The notes under the pieces are model-generated. The model did not search any database, was not told the DNA's origin, and saw only the letters and a list, made by a program, of their open reading frames with translations. Below are positions 39,086 through 47,778 of a DNA stretch of 64,000 nucleotides, one piece after another. A program made the translations under genes and the position numbers. Position 1 is the first letter of the stretch; each line of letters starts with the position of its first letter. Location of the stretch: positions 214,127-278,126 of the IMG/VR virus record IMGVR_UViG_3300047510_001118; one strand, 5' to 3'.

Positions 39086-40186
39086 TTAGCGGCTCTTTTC
39101 TTGAGCAGCCGCAATATACTTACCAAACTTCTCATGAAACTCATCGAAGCAGTCGATCTCGTCTGGATCCAATGGAAGTTGATATTGGGTAAGAGCAAGT
39201 TTAGTACCCATAACAACCAATTCAGTTTCAAAATTGTCCATGATAAAACGGAAGAAATGGTTTACTTTTTCGTTGAACTTTTTATCGTTTTTGTCTGAAG
39301 CATCTTTAAGTTCGTAGCACAGACTAACAGTCAACGAGTACATAGCACTAATTTCTTTAGTGTCCATTTTCTTAACTTTACCTGCCAAAATATCTTCTGG
39401 CTTTGGCAGTTTAGACGAAACTTTACGGTGAGCCATGAATTTAATAGCCAAACCTTCACCGACGGCACCTGAGATAAGATCGGTTAGTGTACTTTCGTCA
39501 GTGTCATCGTCTTCCAACAACTCGCTGACAAATGACCAAGAACGAGGAGTAGCAAACGCACGGCTTGAACTTTTTGGATCAAAGTCGTACAGATCTTTCT
39601 TAGCAAAAGTACAGTAACCAACTACATCCTTATGTACTCGATTATCGGTAGCCCACTGTGCCCAGTCATCAAAGTCTACACGCATTTCCAAGTGAACGAA
39701 TCGGTTTGCCAACGGAGCAGGCATACGATAAGTAACACCCTTATCTGCTTCACGGTTACCTGCGGCAACGATTAGGACGTTATCGGGCAGACGATACTGT
39801 CCAACACGTCGATTCAAAATAAGTTGATAAGCCGCCGCCTGTACACTAGGAGCCGCACTGTTCATTTCGTCCAAGAACAAAATTACGTGGGGGAAATTTT
39901 TAGCAAATTCTTCAGTTGGAAGTTCGCTAGGTTGTCCCCAAACCATTGTTTTTTGTACAGAATCAAAATAAGGGATACCCTTAATGTCAGTGGGTTCCCA
40001 AAGACTCAAACGGATATCAATTACATGAGCATTGAGTTCTTCACCAATTTGATGAATGATATCAGATTTACCAATACCTGGAGGCCCCCAAAGAAACAAT
40101 GGACGTTTCTTTTTAAATGCTTTACGTACAGCATTTTTAGCACCATTTGGGCTAACTTGACGATTAATGACTTCTGCTTTAGACAT
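39086..40186 (-). CDS. MoxR-like AAA+ ATPase
   Basis: GPPGIGKS, LFLDEMN, AAGNR, PAPLANRF, TPRSW. Confidence 0.9.
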   Translation of the reverse strand: MSKAEVINRQVSPNGAKNAVRKAFKKKRPLFLWGPPGIGKSDIIHQIGEELNAHVIDIRLSLWEPTDIKGIPYFDSVQKTMVWGQPSELPTEEFAKNFPHVILFLDEMNSAAPSVQAAAYQLILNRRVGQYRLPDNVLIVAAGNREADKGVTYRMPAPLANRFVHLEMRVDFDDWAQWATDNRVHKDVVGYCTFAKKDLYDFDPKSSSRAFATPRSWSFVSELLEDDDTDESTLTDLISGAVGEGLAIKFMAHRKVSSKLPKPEDILAGKVKKMDTKEISAMYSLTVSLCYELKDASDKNDKKFNEKVNHFFRFIMDNFETELVVMGTKLALTQYQLPLDPDEIDCFDEFHEKFGKYIAAAQEKSR

Positions 40187-40224
40187 ACTTGCTCCTGTGT
40201 GTTAATAAGTTTCGCAGTATCATT

Positions 40225-40253
40225 AGTATAAGCTCGCTCCGCGATTCTGTCAA
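40225..40253 (-). promoter_or_regulatory. Sigma70 consensus promoter
   Basis: TTGACA-17 nt-TATACT; SD CAGGAG before ATG 40186. Confidence 0.85.
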
Positions 40254-40269
40254 CAAGAATTTTGGACTT

Positions 40270-40668
40270 TTATTGCTCTTTTAGAGGTTTTGGATGTTCT
40301 CGTTTCATTGCTTTGATAATGCCATATTTTCGAACATCACCAGCAAATAAATGGAGTTCAACGGCTTTGCGCTCGCTGAGTACTATAATAGCATCTTCGG
40401 TTAAGTGATATGGACAGTCGATAAACTTGTCCAAATATAATAATACTTGAGGTTTTAAATCTAAGTCGGGGGGAAAAGGAACTTCGTATGTTTTGATGTC
40501 TAAAATTTTAGTTAAAAACTCTAGACCTTGATCTGTGAGACGCAAACTGTGATTAAAATTGGATCTGTTGTTTTTCCACCACAGTCTTGTTTTAATTTTT
40601 ATATTTTCTTCGCTGAGAGCCTCGCCAGCAGTTTGTATAAAAATTTTAGTATAGGCTCTTTTGTCCAT
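40270..40668 (-). CDS. Hypothetical phage protein
   Basis: 132-aa ORF coupled to upstream stop (TAATG). Confidence 0.7.
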   Translation of the reverse strand: MDKRAYTKIFIQTAGEALSEENIKIKTRLWWKNNRSNFNHSLRLTDQGLEFLTKILDIKTYEVPFPPDLDLKPQVLLYLDKFIDCPYHLTEDAIIVLSERKAVELHLFAGDVRKYGIIKAMKREHPKPLKEQ

Positions 40669-40952
40669 TACTTAATTTCTTCACCTGTGGTCAATTTATA
40701 AACGGAAAAGTTTTTGGTATTGAACATTGTGTTTAATTTTTTAGCCAAATTGTGTGCGTGTCCGGGATTAGAGAAAGATACCTTTTTATATTTGCTACCA
40801 GAGTATCCACCAAGACTATTTTGGCTTTTTAAATTAAAAGGTTTCCCATCATAAAAGACTGCCCAAATGGCTTCTGCTTCTAATATTTGATCGCTCTTAA
40901 AATTTTTCTTATTAATGTTTTCTAGTACTACAGTTGGCTTAGGTCGACTCAT
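40668..40952 (-). CDS. Hypothetical basic phage protein
   Basis: 94-aa ORF with SD GAGG and upstream ATAAATA. Confidence 0.7.
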   Translation of the reverse strand: MSRPKPTVVLENINKKNFKSDQILEAEAIWAVFYDGKPFNLKSQNSLGGYSGSKYKKVSFSNPGHAHNLAKKLNTMFNTKNFSVYKLTTGEEIK

Positions 40953-40985
40953 ACGTATTCCTCAATTATATACGTATATATTTAT
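40951..40985 (-). promoter_or_regulatory. Late promoter ATAAATA with two ATACGTAT palindromes
   Basis: ATAAATA at 40985-40979; TATATACGTATATA 40967-80; ATACGTAT 40951-58. Confidence 0.55.
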
Positions 40986-40991
40986 CCGAAT

Positions 40992-41243
40992 TTATTCGGA
41001 TTTATTCCAACTGCCTCCGTCCATTTCTACTTTAACTACAGTGTCTTTTTCTTCTTTTTGTATATTTAAAATAAGGTTTTCGTAATTACCGGCTAATCTA
41101 GTCATAACTAGTCCTAGTGTATAAGATAAATTTTTAGCCGTAGTAATATCCAATCTTACTTCTCGTTGGTTACTCATATCTGCGGCTTTAATCGCAGATA
41201 TCACCTGCTGTAAAACTGCGGTATTGATATTATTTTGAGACAT
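40992..41243 (-). CDS. Hypothetical protein
   Basis: 83-aa ORF in operon. Confidence 0.65.
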   Translation of the reverse strand: MSQNNINTAVLQQVISAIKAADMSNQREVRLDITTAKNLSYTLGLVMTRLAGNYENLILNIQKEEKDTVVKVEMDGGSWNKSE

Positions 41244-41703
41244 TACTTAACCTTTGTTTCATTTCTAATTCTGTTTTAAATGGTCCTTGATATTGATATC
41301 GTTCAACAGTAATTAATTTAGGACAAAAACTTTTGACCCAACCTTTATCAAAACGAATAATATAATATCCAGCACAATAAACAGATTTAGATTTATTACT
41401 CTTAGTAAAGAGTGGTAAATGTCTTTTTACATCATACAATGGATTGTGCGGAATTGAACTAGTAGGATAGTCGTGAACTGTTTTATCAACAACAACAGAT
41501 TTTTGAATTTGTTCTTTTACAAAAAAATTTGTACCAAATGTTTCAAAAAGTTTTTTCTTATTATCAAATGTAGTAATATTGTCTTTACTACTAAAGACAT
41601 ATTTCTTTTGTTCAGTAACTTTTAAAATACCTACTTTGTTTCCCTGATCTTCGACAATCCAAAATTTTCCATCTACTACTGGTTTGGCATGTAATTCGGT
41701 CAT
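41230..41703 (-). CDS. Hypothetical phage protein
   Basis: 157-aa ORF overlapping rnh stop. Confidence 0.7.
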   Translation of the reverse strand: MTELHAKPVVDGKFWIVEDQGNKVGILKVTEQKKYVFSSKDNITTFDNKKKLFETFGTNFFVKEQIQKSVVVDKTVHDYPTSSIPHNPLYDVKRHLPLFTKSNKSKSVYCAGYYIIRFDKGWVKSFCPKLITVERYQYQGPFKTELEMKQRLSNVSK

Positions 41704-42668
41704 TGATGATACCTCGCATTAAGTGGTTCGGCGTATTGTTGCGCCTGTTCAGAAATCTTTTTTAAATCGTAAAGTTGACAAAATTTAAGCAGTCGAATTC
41801 CAACTTGGCTGACATTTTTTTCTTTATCGATATTTTCTTTAATGGTGCCAAAAATTTTACTTTTAACATCATCTGGTTGTTGTGTTAAATCAATTAACTG
41901 TCTGTTTCGTTCGTAATCTTCTAATACACGATGTTCTTCACCGTTGTGATCAACCCAACGTTGCAACATGAGATTGTTCCAAGCAAAGCCTTTATTTTGA
42001 CGATCTTTAAATGCTTCTTCAAGTTTGTTTTTACGCACTTTAGGAAAGGCACTAAAAACGTTATCACTGCTATCGCCACGAATACATTTTTCAAAAAGTA
42101 ACCATTCTGGATTAGGAACTGCTTTAGGTTCTTTAGTTTTATTGTCTAAAACACGATTACCTTTTTTATCAACTATACCTTCGTGTGTAATATGATGTTC
42201 CATAACACCATTATATTGACTTACGTTAGGAGCAATTAACTGTACAAAATCACTGTCTGTACTAATAATAACGTGTTTTGAATCGGGGTGACTCTGTATC
42301 CACCCTGCGATTAAATCATCTGCTTCTAATTCTTGATGTTGTAATACTGTACAGTTAGTTTTTTCAACAATAAATTCTTTAAACTTGTCAAAACTTTCCC
42401 AGAACAATTGATCTTCTTCTTGTTCTTTAGGAGTTAAAGCGGCTCGAGCATCACTGCGATTGCGTTTATAAGGAGCATAATAGTCTTTGCGCCACGACCG
42501 TCCTTCTAAACAGAATACCACATGAGTGCCTCCAAAATCTTGCCACGCTTTTTTGATACTGTTTAGTGTAATATGAAAAGCCATGCCCAGTTTAGTGTCA
42601 GCGTCACCTTTAATGACGTGACGGGCACGGAAGAATGTGTTAGCAGTATCAACTAAAATATATGTCAT
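41700..42668 (-). CDS. rnh: 5'-3' exonuclease / T4 RNase H-like (FEN family)
   Basis: ILVDTAN, LEGRSWRKDYY..YKRNR, LEADDLIA, ISTDSDF, GDSSDNV. Confidence 0.9.
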   Translation of the reverse strand: MTYILVDTANTFFRARHVIKGDADTKLGMAFHITLNSIKKAWQDFGGTHVVFCLEGRSWRKDYYAPYKRNRSDARAALTPKEQEEDQLFWESFDKFKEFIVEKTNCTVLQHQELEADDLIAGWIQSHPDSKHVIISTDSDFVQLIAPNVSQYNGVMEHHITHEGIVDKKGNRVLDNKTKEPKAVPNPEWLLFEKCIRGDSSDNVFSAFPKVRKNKLEEAFKDRQNKGFAWNNLMLQRWVDHNGEEHRVLEDYERNRQLIDLTQQPDDVKSKIFGTIKENIDKEKNVSQVGIRLLKFCQLYDLKKISEQAQQYAEPLNARYHQ

Positions 42669-43096
42669 GAGACTTCTGATTTACCTTCGGCTAGTTTTTT
42701 AACATTGATATATCCACCTGTTCGATCAGTCATATCAATACCCTCTTCGTCGGCTACGTCCTTACACAGTGTTCGAAACCAACGATCTACAATCTGTTCT
42801 TCAGGATCTCCCTCAAAACCATAACCTTCTTGCTTTAATTGTAGCACGAATTGTTCATTCCAGTCAAGCTCAAAAAATCCGTTACGTAAATTTTCTTTAT
42901 TGACATGAGTTTCCAAAACTGCCACATAGGGCTCTCCTAAGGCAGTGGCACGCTCTTTTGGAGACATCTTTGCCAATTCTTCTTCTTTTTTAGCAGCCTC
43001 TGCTCTAGTTTTAGCCAATGCTGTTTCGACAACTAGTTGTTCTTTTTCTTCTTCTAGTTTTTTAATCCCAGTAATTTTTTTAAGCCAATCTTTCAT
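42665..43096 (-). CDS. Hypothetical phage protein (start refined to MKDWLKK)
   Basis: TAATG coupling with queE stop; GFFELDWN motif. Confidence 0.7.
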   Translation of the reverse strand: MKDWLKKITGIKKLEEEKEQLVVETALAKTRAEAAKKEEELAKMSPKERATALGEPYVAVLETHVNKENLRNGFFELDWNEQFVLQLKQEGYGFEGDPEEQIVDRWFRTLCKDVADEEGIDMTDRTGGYINVKKLAEGKSEVS

Positions 43097-43950
43097 TATG
43101 TCCCCCATTCATTTTTAAATAGTGGAACTTGTAGTCTATCACTATATCTTAAACCGTTTTTCATTGCTAGTTCAGCAACTCTACGATTATTCAGAGTATA
43201 AACTGATTCAACACCACCTACGGGCATAAGATAACAAGATCCAGTAAAACCATTTTCTCGATACACATCTAATGTCTCTAATGCTTCTTCGGCATCTTCT
43301 TCTGTAGCAACTACAAATTTAAGATATGTATGACCAACTTCTTGATATTCGCAAATAACGTCAGGTTGAATTGCTTCGTTACGTTCTTCGCCTGAGCAAC
43401 TTAATTTAGCACTTACACTAAATGTAATTTCTTTATGATAATCTAATTCTGGCATTTGCCATTGTATTAGATAATCTTTAAATTCTGAACTTAACTTTTG
43501 AGTACCATTTGTTTCAAATGTAATTTCTTTTAGTCCTGCCATTTTAGGATGATTTAATAAATCTGGATAAGCACGTTGCCAACCCAACAACGGTTCCCCG
43601 CCTGTGATAACTAGATGTTCGTCTCGCCATTCATTGAACGGCAATATTTCCATTATACGCTCAGCAATAGCATCACTAGTAAGCATAGGACTAAGATCCT
43701 TGAACCTTGGATCCCAACTTGCGTAACTATCGCAGCCAGTAGTAACAAGAGGTAGTTCTTCATATTTGTTAAATTTATCTACTATTTGCGCGATTGCGTC
43801 TACTTCTGTGCTTAGTTGGCCTCTAGGCATACCAAAACCACTACATTTAAAGTTACAGCCAAAGGTACGCAAGAAAACAGAAGGAACGCCCATATAGCGT
43901 CCTTCACCTTGTATGCTGTAAAATAATTCTGCTATTTTTATTTTACTCAT
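43096..43950 (-). CDS. queE: 7-carboxy-7-deazaguanine synthase (radical SAM)
   Basis: ELFYSIQGEG..GVPSVFLRTFGCNFKC...CDS, VITGGEP, FETNGT, YLKFVV, LMPVGG, RLQV. Confidence 0.9.
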   Translation of the reverse strand: MSKIKIAELFYSIQGEGRYMGVPSVFLRTFGCNFKCSGFGMPRGQLSTEVDAIAQIVDKFNKYEELPLVTTGCDSYASWDPRFKDLSPMLTSDAIAERIMEILPFNEWRDEHLVITGGEPLLGWQRAYPDLLNHPKMAGLKEITFETNGTQKLSSEFKDYLIQWQMPELDYHKEITFSVSAKLSCSGEERNEAIQPDVICEYQEVGHTYLKFVVATEEDAEEALETLDVYRENGFTGSCYLMPVGGVESVYTLNNRRVAELAMKNGLRYSDRLQVPLFKNEWGT

Positions 43951-44240
43951 TGTTTTAATATTTCCATTGTTGCGATTTTAGCAATACGATCGCCAAAATC
44001 TTGATCATTGGTAATGATATAGGTTTGATTAAAATTACGATCTCGTTGACGATCATAATGTCTAAACTCTACAATCTTTCCACCTACGGCACTAAACACT
44101 CTAAAATTTAGAATAGGGTCTGAATCTGAAACTGATTCAACGTCTCGGCTGGCAACTAGCACTTCGCCGCGACTAACTTTATTAGCATTTTCCCAATCGT
44201 CACGCACCCAGCGGACTACCATTTTTTTAAACCAATTCAT
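43947..44240 (-). CDS. Hypothetical protein (start refined to MNWFKK)
   Basis: ATGA overlap with upstream stop. Confidence 0.65.
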   Translation of the reverse strand: MNWFKKMVVRWVRDDWENANKVSRGEVLVASRDVESVSDSDPILNFRVFSAVGGKIVEFRHYDRQRDRNFNQTYIITNDQDFGDRIAKIATMEILKQ

Positions 44241-44452
44241 GCTCGATCCTTTAACCACAAATCAACCTGTGCTTCTGCTTCTTCTTGTGTGACAGCATAA
44301 GCATAGATCCAATAACAGTCATCCTTGCCTTTGATATCGAATGGTACAGGACCATTAAACAAGATGCCGTCTTCTAGCATACGTTTGACTTCAAACTTTT
44401 TTAAATTTTTGGCACGATTAATTAAATCGTTAGCCATATCTACTGAATTCAT
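44237..44452 (-). CDS. Hypothetical protein
   Basis: 71-aa ORF coupled to folE. Confidence 0.65.
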   Translation of the reverse strand: MNSVDMANDLINRAKNLKKFEVKRMLEDGILFNGPVPFDIKGKDDCYWIYAYAVTQEEAEAQVDLWLKDRA

Positions 44453-45273
44453 CTTGGGGCAAACTCCTGTTGTAATTTAATATTATCAAAGAATTCTTTC
44501 TTTGTATTACCATCTTCTTTAAACGCACCTTTAAGCACTGTAGTCTGTGTTAAACTGCTATGTGCCATGATACCACGGTTTTCACAACAACCGTGCGTTG
44601 CTTGAATATAAACACCTAGATCTTTGGCTCCTGTAGCCTTTTCGATCTCCCTAGCAATGTCATTAGCAAGTTCCTCCTGGAGAGTACCACGTCGGGCGCA
44701 CCACTGTGCGATGCGTGTGTACTTACTGAGTCCGATGAGTTTCTGAGCCGCAATAATACCAATATAAGCAACGCCACTAACGGGTTGGTGATGATGGCTA
44801 CACATACTGCGAAGCTCACTGCGAACAACCAACATACCTTCGTAGCGGTCCTCCGAATCATTTGGGAAAGCCGTCGCGTCTGGTGATGGTTCATATCTTC
44901 CTGCCATTATTTCATTAAAGTACATCTTGGCAAGCCTACGTGCTGTGCCTTTTGAGTTAGGATCGTTCTCACGATCAATTAAGAGTCTATCTAATACAAG
45001 TTCAAAGGCTTCTGTGGCTTCGTCGATAAGTTTAGATTTATCTTCTTCACTTACATAGTCTGAGATGTTGTCGCCTGCCCAAAAACGCTTGTTATCACGT
45101 TTCATCTTAAAGCGAATAGTATCGCCCAAATACGCTTCTTTGTAACCTTTATCAGACATCATGTCTGCGGCTTTAACAAATACTTCTTTGCCCAAAGGTT
45201 GATATTCGTCTTTTACAAAGTCTTTATCGATCTTATGATTAATTATTGGGTCTGGTTTAAATTTTTCTGTCAT
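44449..45273 (-). CDS. folE: GTP cyclohydrolase I with N-terminal extension
   Basis: TARRLAKMY, SMCSHHHQP, IGLSKYTRI, LQEEL, HGCCENRG, TTVLKGAF. Confidence 0.93.
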   Translation of the reverse strand: MTEKFKPDPIINHKIDKDFVKDEYQPLGKEVFVKAADMMSDKGYKEAYLGDTIRFKMKRDNKRFWAGDNISDYVSEEDKSKLIDEATEAFELVLDRLLIDRENDPNSKGTARRLAKMYFNEIMAGRYEPSPDATAFPNDSEDRYEGMLVVRSELRSMCSHHHQPVSGVAYIGIIAAQKLIGLSKYTRIAQWCARRGTLQEELANDIAREIEKATGAKDLGVYIQATHGCCENRGIMAHSSLTQTTVLKGAFKEDGNTKKEFFDNIKLQQEFAPR

Positions 45274-45289
45274 TGTAATTCTCCGAGTT

Positions 45290-45342
45290 ATAGACGTGGA
45301 TGTCTATGTTTTATTATATAGGTTTATTTAGGTTTTTGTCAA
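45290..45342 (-). promoter_or_regulatory. Sigma70 promoter (18-nt spacer containing TAAATA) plus leader hairpin for folE
   Basis: TTGACA (45342-37)-18 nt-TATAAT (45318-13); ATAGAC-atccac-GTCTAT hairpin 45307-45290. Confidence 0.7.
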
Positions 45343-45637
45343 TAATTACATTGCCGTTTTCATCGTAGGTATACCAACTATTAAGTTCAGAATCCCAATG
45401 GCGATTATCATAAATTCGAAATGCTATTCCGTAACCTAACACACCTAAAACAAATTCTAATCCAGCATGATCTCCCTTGGTAGCGAATTTAAATTCAACA
45501 TCCAATAATTGATTGCTGTAATAGGTATGCTCTAATTCCCAAAATTTGTTTTTAGAAATTTGTCCGTGAAGACAACCGAGGTTACGAAAATAATCCCAAC
45601 TCCAGGGACTGGCAATTTCTAAACGAAAATTAATCAT
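45314..45637 (-). CDS. Hypothetical protein
   Basis: 107-aa ORF in operon. Confidence 0.6.
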   Translation of the reverse strand: MINFRLEIASPWSWDYFRNLGCLHGQISKNKFWELEHTYYSNQLLDVEFKFATKGDHAGLEFVLGVLGYGIAFRIYDNRHWDSELNSWYTYDENGNVIIDKNLNKPI

Positions 45638-45858
45638 GTTCTATATAAATTGGTTTGTCCGTTTTCTTGATTTTTACGTATTTCTTCTCTGCGAAGTTGT
45701 CTACATTCTTCTTTAACACGGGCAGGAATATCTGGATGCCATTCTGCCATACCGCAATCGTAGGCTTTGGATCTTTCTTCGTTTATGCCCATTAGAAGAA
45801 AGATAGTAAAAATCAGCAAGATTAAAATTATAATCTTTCCGACAATAAGATTCGACAT
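45634..45858 (-). CDS. Small membrane-anchored protein
   Basis: N-terminal hydrophobic IIILILLIFTIFLLMG; CGMAEWHPDIP..VKEEC. Confidence 0.65.
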   Translation of the reverse strand: MSNLIVGKIIILILLIFTIFLLMGINEERSKAYDCGMAEWHPDIPARVKEECRQLRREEIRKNQENGQTNLYRT

Positions 45859-46046
45859 AAGTCAGCGTCCCTTAGTGATTTAAAAATAAAAGTCATTGAA
45901 TCTTGTTCTGGGTGACTAGTATATCGATTTCCAGGAAGTCCAAATACTTCCAAAACCATAGCACAGGTTTCGTTCCACCAAAATCCGTTTTGATTATCCC
46001 AAAGAATACAGATCTTATGCTGATCTGTTGCTAGTGCAACTGTCAT
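45828..46046 (-). CDS. Hypothetical protein
   Basis: 72-aa ORF in operon. Confidence 0.55.
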   Translation of the reverse strand: MTVALATDQHKICILWDNQNGFWWNETCAMVLEVFGLPGNRYTSHPEQDSMTFIFKSLRDADLCRILLSERL

Positions 46047-46212
46047 TCCACATTTCCTGTGCTTGTTTTTTATATTCGTTTAAATCCCACTCGGCTTGCT
46101 TGGCTTGATATTGTTCTTCACTTAATCCGTGCCAGCCTATACAATCTCCAGTGGGGCTACGACCGCAACCACAAGTTCCAATTTTTCCTTCTGGATTAGC
46201 TCTTACTTGCAT
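46015..46212 (-). CDS. CDGSH-like iron-sulfur / zinc-finger protein
   Basis: CGCGRSPTGDCIGWH matches the C-x-C-x7-C-x3-H ligand spacing; start refined to MQVRAN. Confidence 0.65.
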   Translation of the reverse strand: MQVRANPEGKIGTCGCGRSPTGDCIGWHGLSEEQYQAKQAEWDLNEYKKQAQEMWNDSCTSNRSA

Positions 46213-46579
46213 TTTTATAATTTCCTTTACTTGGTATAACGTGACGTACCCCGCCACGAGGATCTTCCATGTCTCCCTTTCTGCGGGGAATCATATGGAT
46301 GTGCGGATACATCACTGTTTGGCCAGCAGCCTCGCCACAGTTTTGCCCGACGTTAAAAGCGTCCCAACGTTCCGAGAGGACTCCGTCGGCACCAAACTTG
46401 TAGGCTGCTCTGTAACATTCCATAATGTTTTCAAAGCGTTCTTGGGTTGGCACAAAGAGCAAATGTCCCTCCGATACGGGATAGGCGTCTCTAAAAACCC
46501 AAAAGTCTTTTGTTCGATATTCAATTTCTGTCCACGGTGCTCGTCGTTCATTTAGTGCTTTCTCCAGATCATTAATCAT
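46196..46579 (-). CDS. HIT-family nucleotide hydrolase
   Basis: DAYPVSEGHLLFVP, NVGQNCGEAAGQTVMYPHIHMIPRR.GD; start at ATGA overlap. Confidence 0.88.
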   Translation of the reverse strand: MINDLEKALNERRAPWTEIEYRTKDFWVFRDAYPVSEGHLLFVPTQERFENIMECYRAAYKFGADGVLSERWDAFNVGQNCGEAAGQTVMYPHIHMIPRRKGDMEDPRGGVRHVIPSKGNYKNASKS

Positions 46580-47154
46580 TTCCAGTATTCCTCCCAAGGA
46601 TATACTAACCAGCAATCTTCTTCGGCTTTGTTGACTTCCCAAGCATAATAATCTATGTCTGCTTGACTAGATAGATTATTTGTCAGTACAGCGAATCGAA
46701 CATTTTGATGCCAAATGTCTTGATCCCAGGAAGGATCATTGGGCATACATCCACTACGCCAATCTTCTTTAATCCAATTAATTGTAGCACCTGTATCATT
46801 AATATCGTCTATGATCAAGATATTTTTATAACTGTCGCCTTTTTCTAAAAGATCAGCCGCCGCTTCGAATATGCCTTCGATATCGTTTTCATCTTCAACA
46901 AATCGTTCAGATTGATATCCAAAGGCATCTTCGGCCATGCCTAAATCACTAACGGTTTGACCACCATCTCTGAGACTGACTTCTAACGGACGCATAGGAA
47001 CGCCTAAAAACTGACTGATCATTACAGCAGGAATAGCACCACCTCTGGTGATGCCGACAACATAATCAGGACGCCATCCGCTGGTAATAACACTTCTTGC
47101 TATTTCTAAACAAGCACCTTCAACATCCGACCAACTGTAATAGATTTTTTTCAT
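46576..47154 (-). CDS. Type I phosphoribosyltransferase (Gpt/xanthine-guanine PRT-like)
   Basis: VVGITRGG.IPA, PRPP loop ILIIDDINDTGAT, WLVYPWE. Confidence 0.85.
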   Translation of the reverse strand: MKKIYYSWSDVEGACLEIARSVITSGWRPDYVVGITRGGAIPAVMISQFLGVPMRPLEVSLRDGGQTVSDLGMAEDAFGYQSERFVEDENDIEGIFEAAADLLEKGDSYKNILIIDDINDTGATINWIKEDWRSGCMPNDPSWDQDIWHQNVRFAVLTNNLSSQADIDYYAWEVNKAEEDCWLVYPWEEYWK

Positions 47155-47381
47155 GATGTTAGTGCTGACGCTAATAATGACATTTCTTCTTTGGTCATGA
47201 AAAAATTGTAAACAGCAGTGTCAACAATTTCGCCGTCTTTTAGTGATTGTTGTTCAAAATCAACACTAAAAAGACCTTTGGGATTTATTACTTCGTGTTG
47301 TTTTAACACAAGTCGAAATCCTTCGTGATTTTTAATTACTGTTTCTTTATAAGTCTGTCTAACTGATTCATGTAGTTCCAT
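47151..47381 (-). CDS. Hypothetical protein
   Basis: SD AAAGGAG 6 nt before ATG 47381. Confidence 0.6.
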   Translation of the reverse strand: MELHESVRQTYKETVIKNHEGFRLVLKQHEVINPKGLFSVDFEQQSLKDGEIVDTAVYNFFMTKEEMSLLASALTS

Positions 47382-47778
47382 CTTCATCTCCTTTAATTGC
47401 TTCCCATGTTCTATATTTGGCCAGTGCTTTAATATAGTCGTCGTACATCTTTTTAAGTTTTGGATGTTTCTTTTCTAGTTTAACATCTCTTTCGGGCATA
47501 TTCAAGACTTTTTCAATAGTTTCCAAACGTTCTTCTAAGTCAACACCGTTAATAATCATATTACCTTTGACTTCTAAAGTGGGCGGATTACCTTGTTTAA
47601 TTGTCATTGCCTCGTTTGGATTGGTCCAGGTTACATTCGTTCCTGTTGAAGTATAGATCAAAGGACCAGTAGTAGTTCCCGTGCCAATAGTGTAACTACT
47701 GCCACTAGCACCTGTACCGGTTAAGGTTACTGTGCTATTGCTGTTTGTTAAGTTTCCGATCGTATAAGTATTTGTCAT
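47368..47778 (-). CDS. Hypothetical protein, T/G/S-rich N-terminus and coiled-coil C-terminus
   Basis: LEVKGNMIINGVDLEERLETIEKVL; start refined to MTNTYT. Confidence 0.65.
   Translation of the reverse strand: MTNTYTIGNLTNSNSTVTLTGTGASGSSYTIGTGTTTGPLIYTSTGTNVTWTNPNEAMTIKQGNPPTLEVKGNMIINGVDLEERLETIEKVLNMPERDVKLEKKHPKLKKMYDDYIKALAKYRTWEAIKGDEDGTT

Noticed and set aside
45280-45312. preQ1 riboswitch upstream of folE
   Set aside because: Lacks the class I loop and A-rich AAAAAAC tail, and is too short for class II or III.
46196-47154. NAD salvage module
   Set aside because: The PRTase is type I purine-like, not NadV/NAMPT, and no NMNAT is present.
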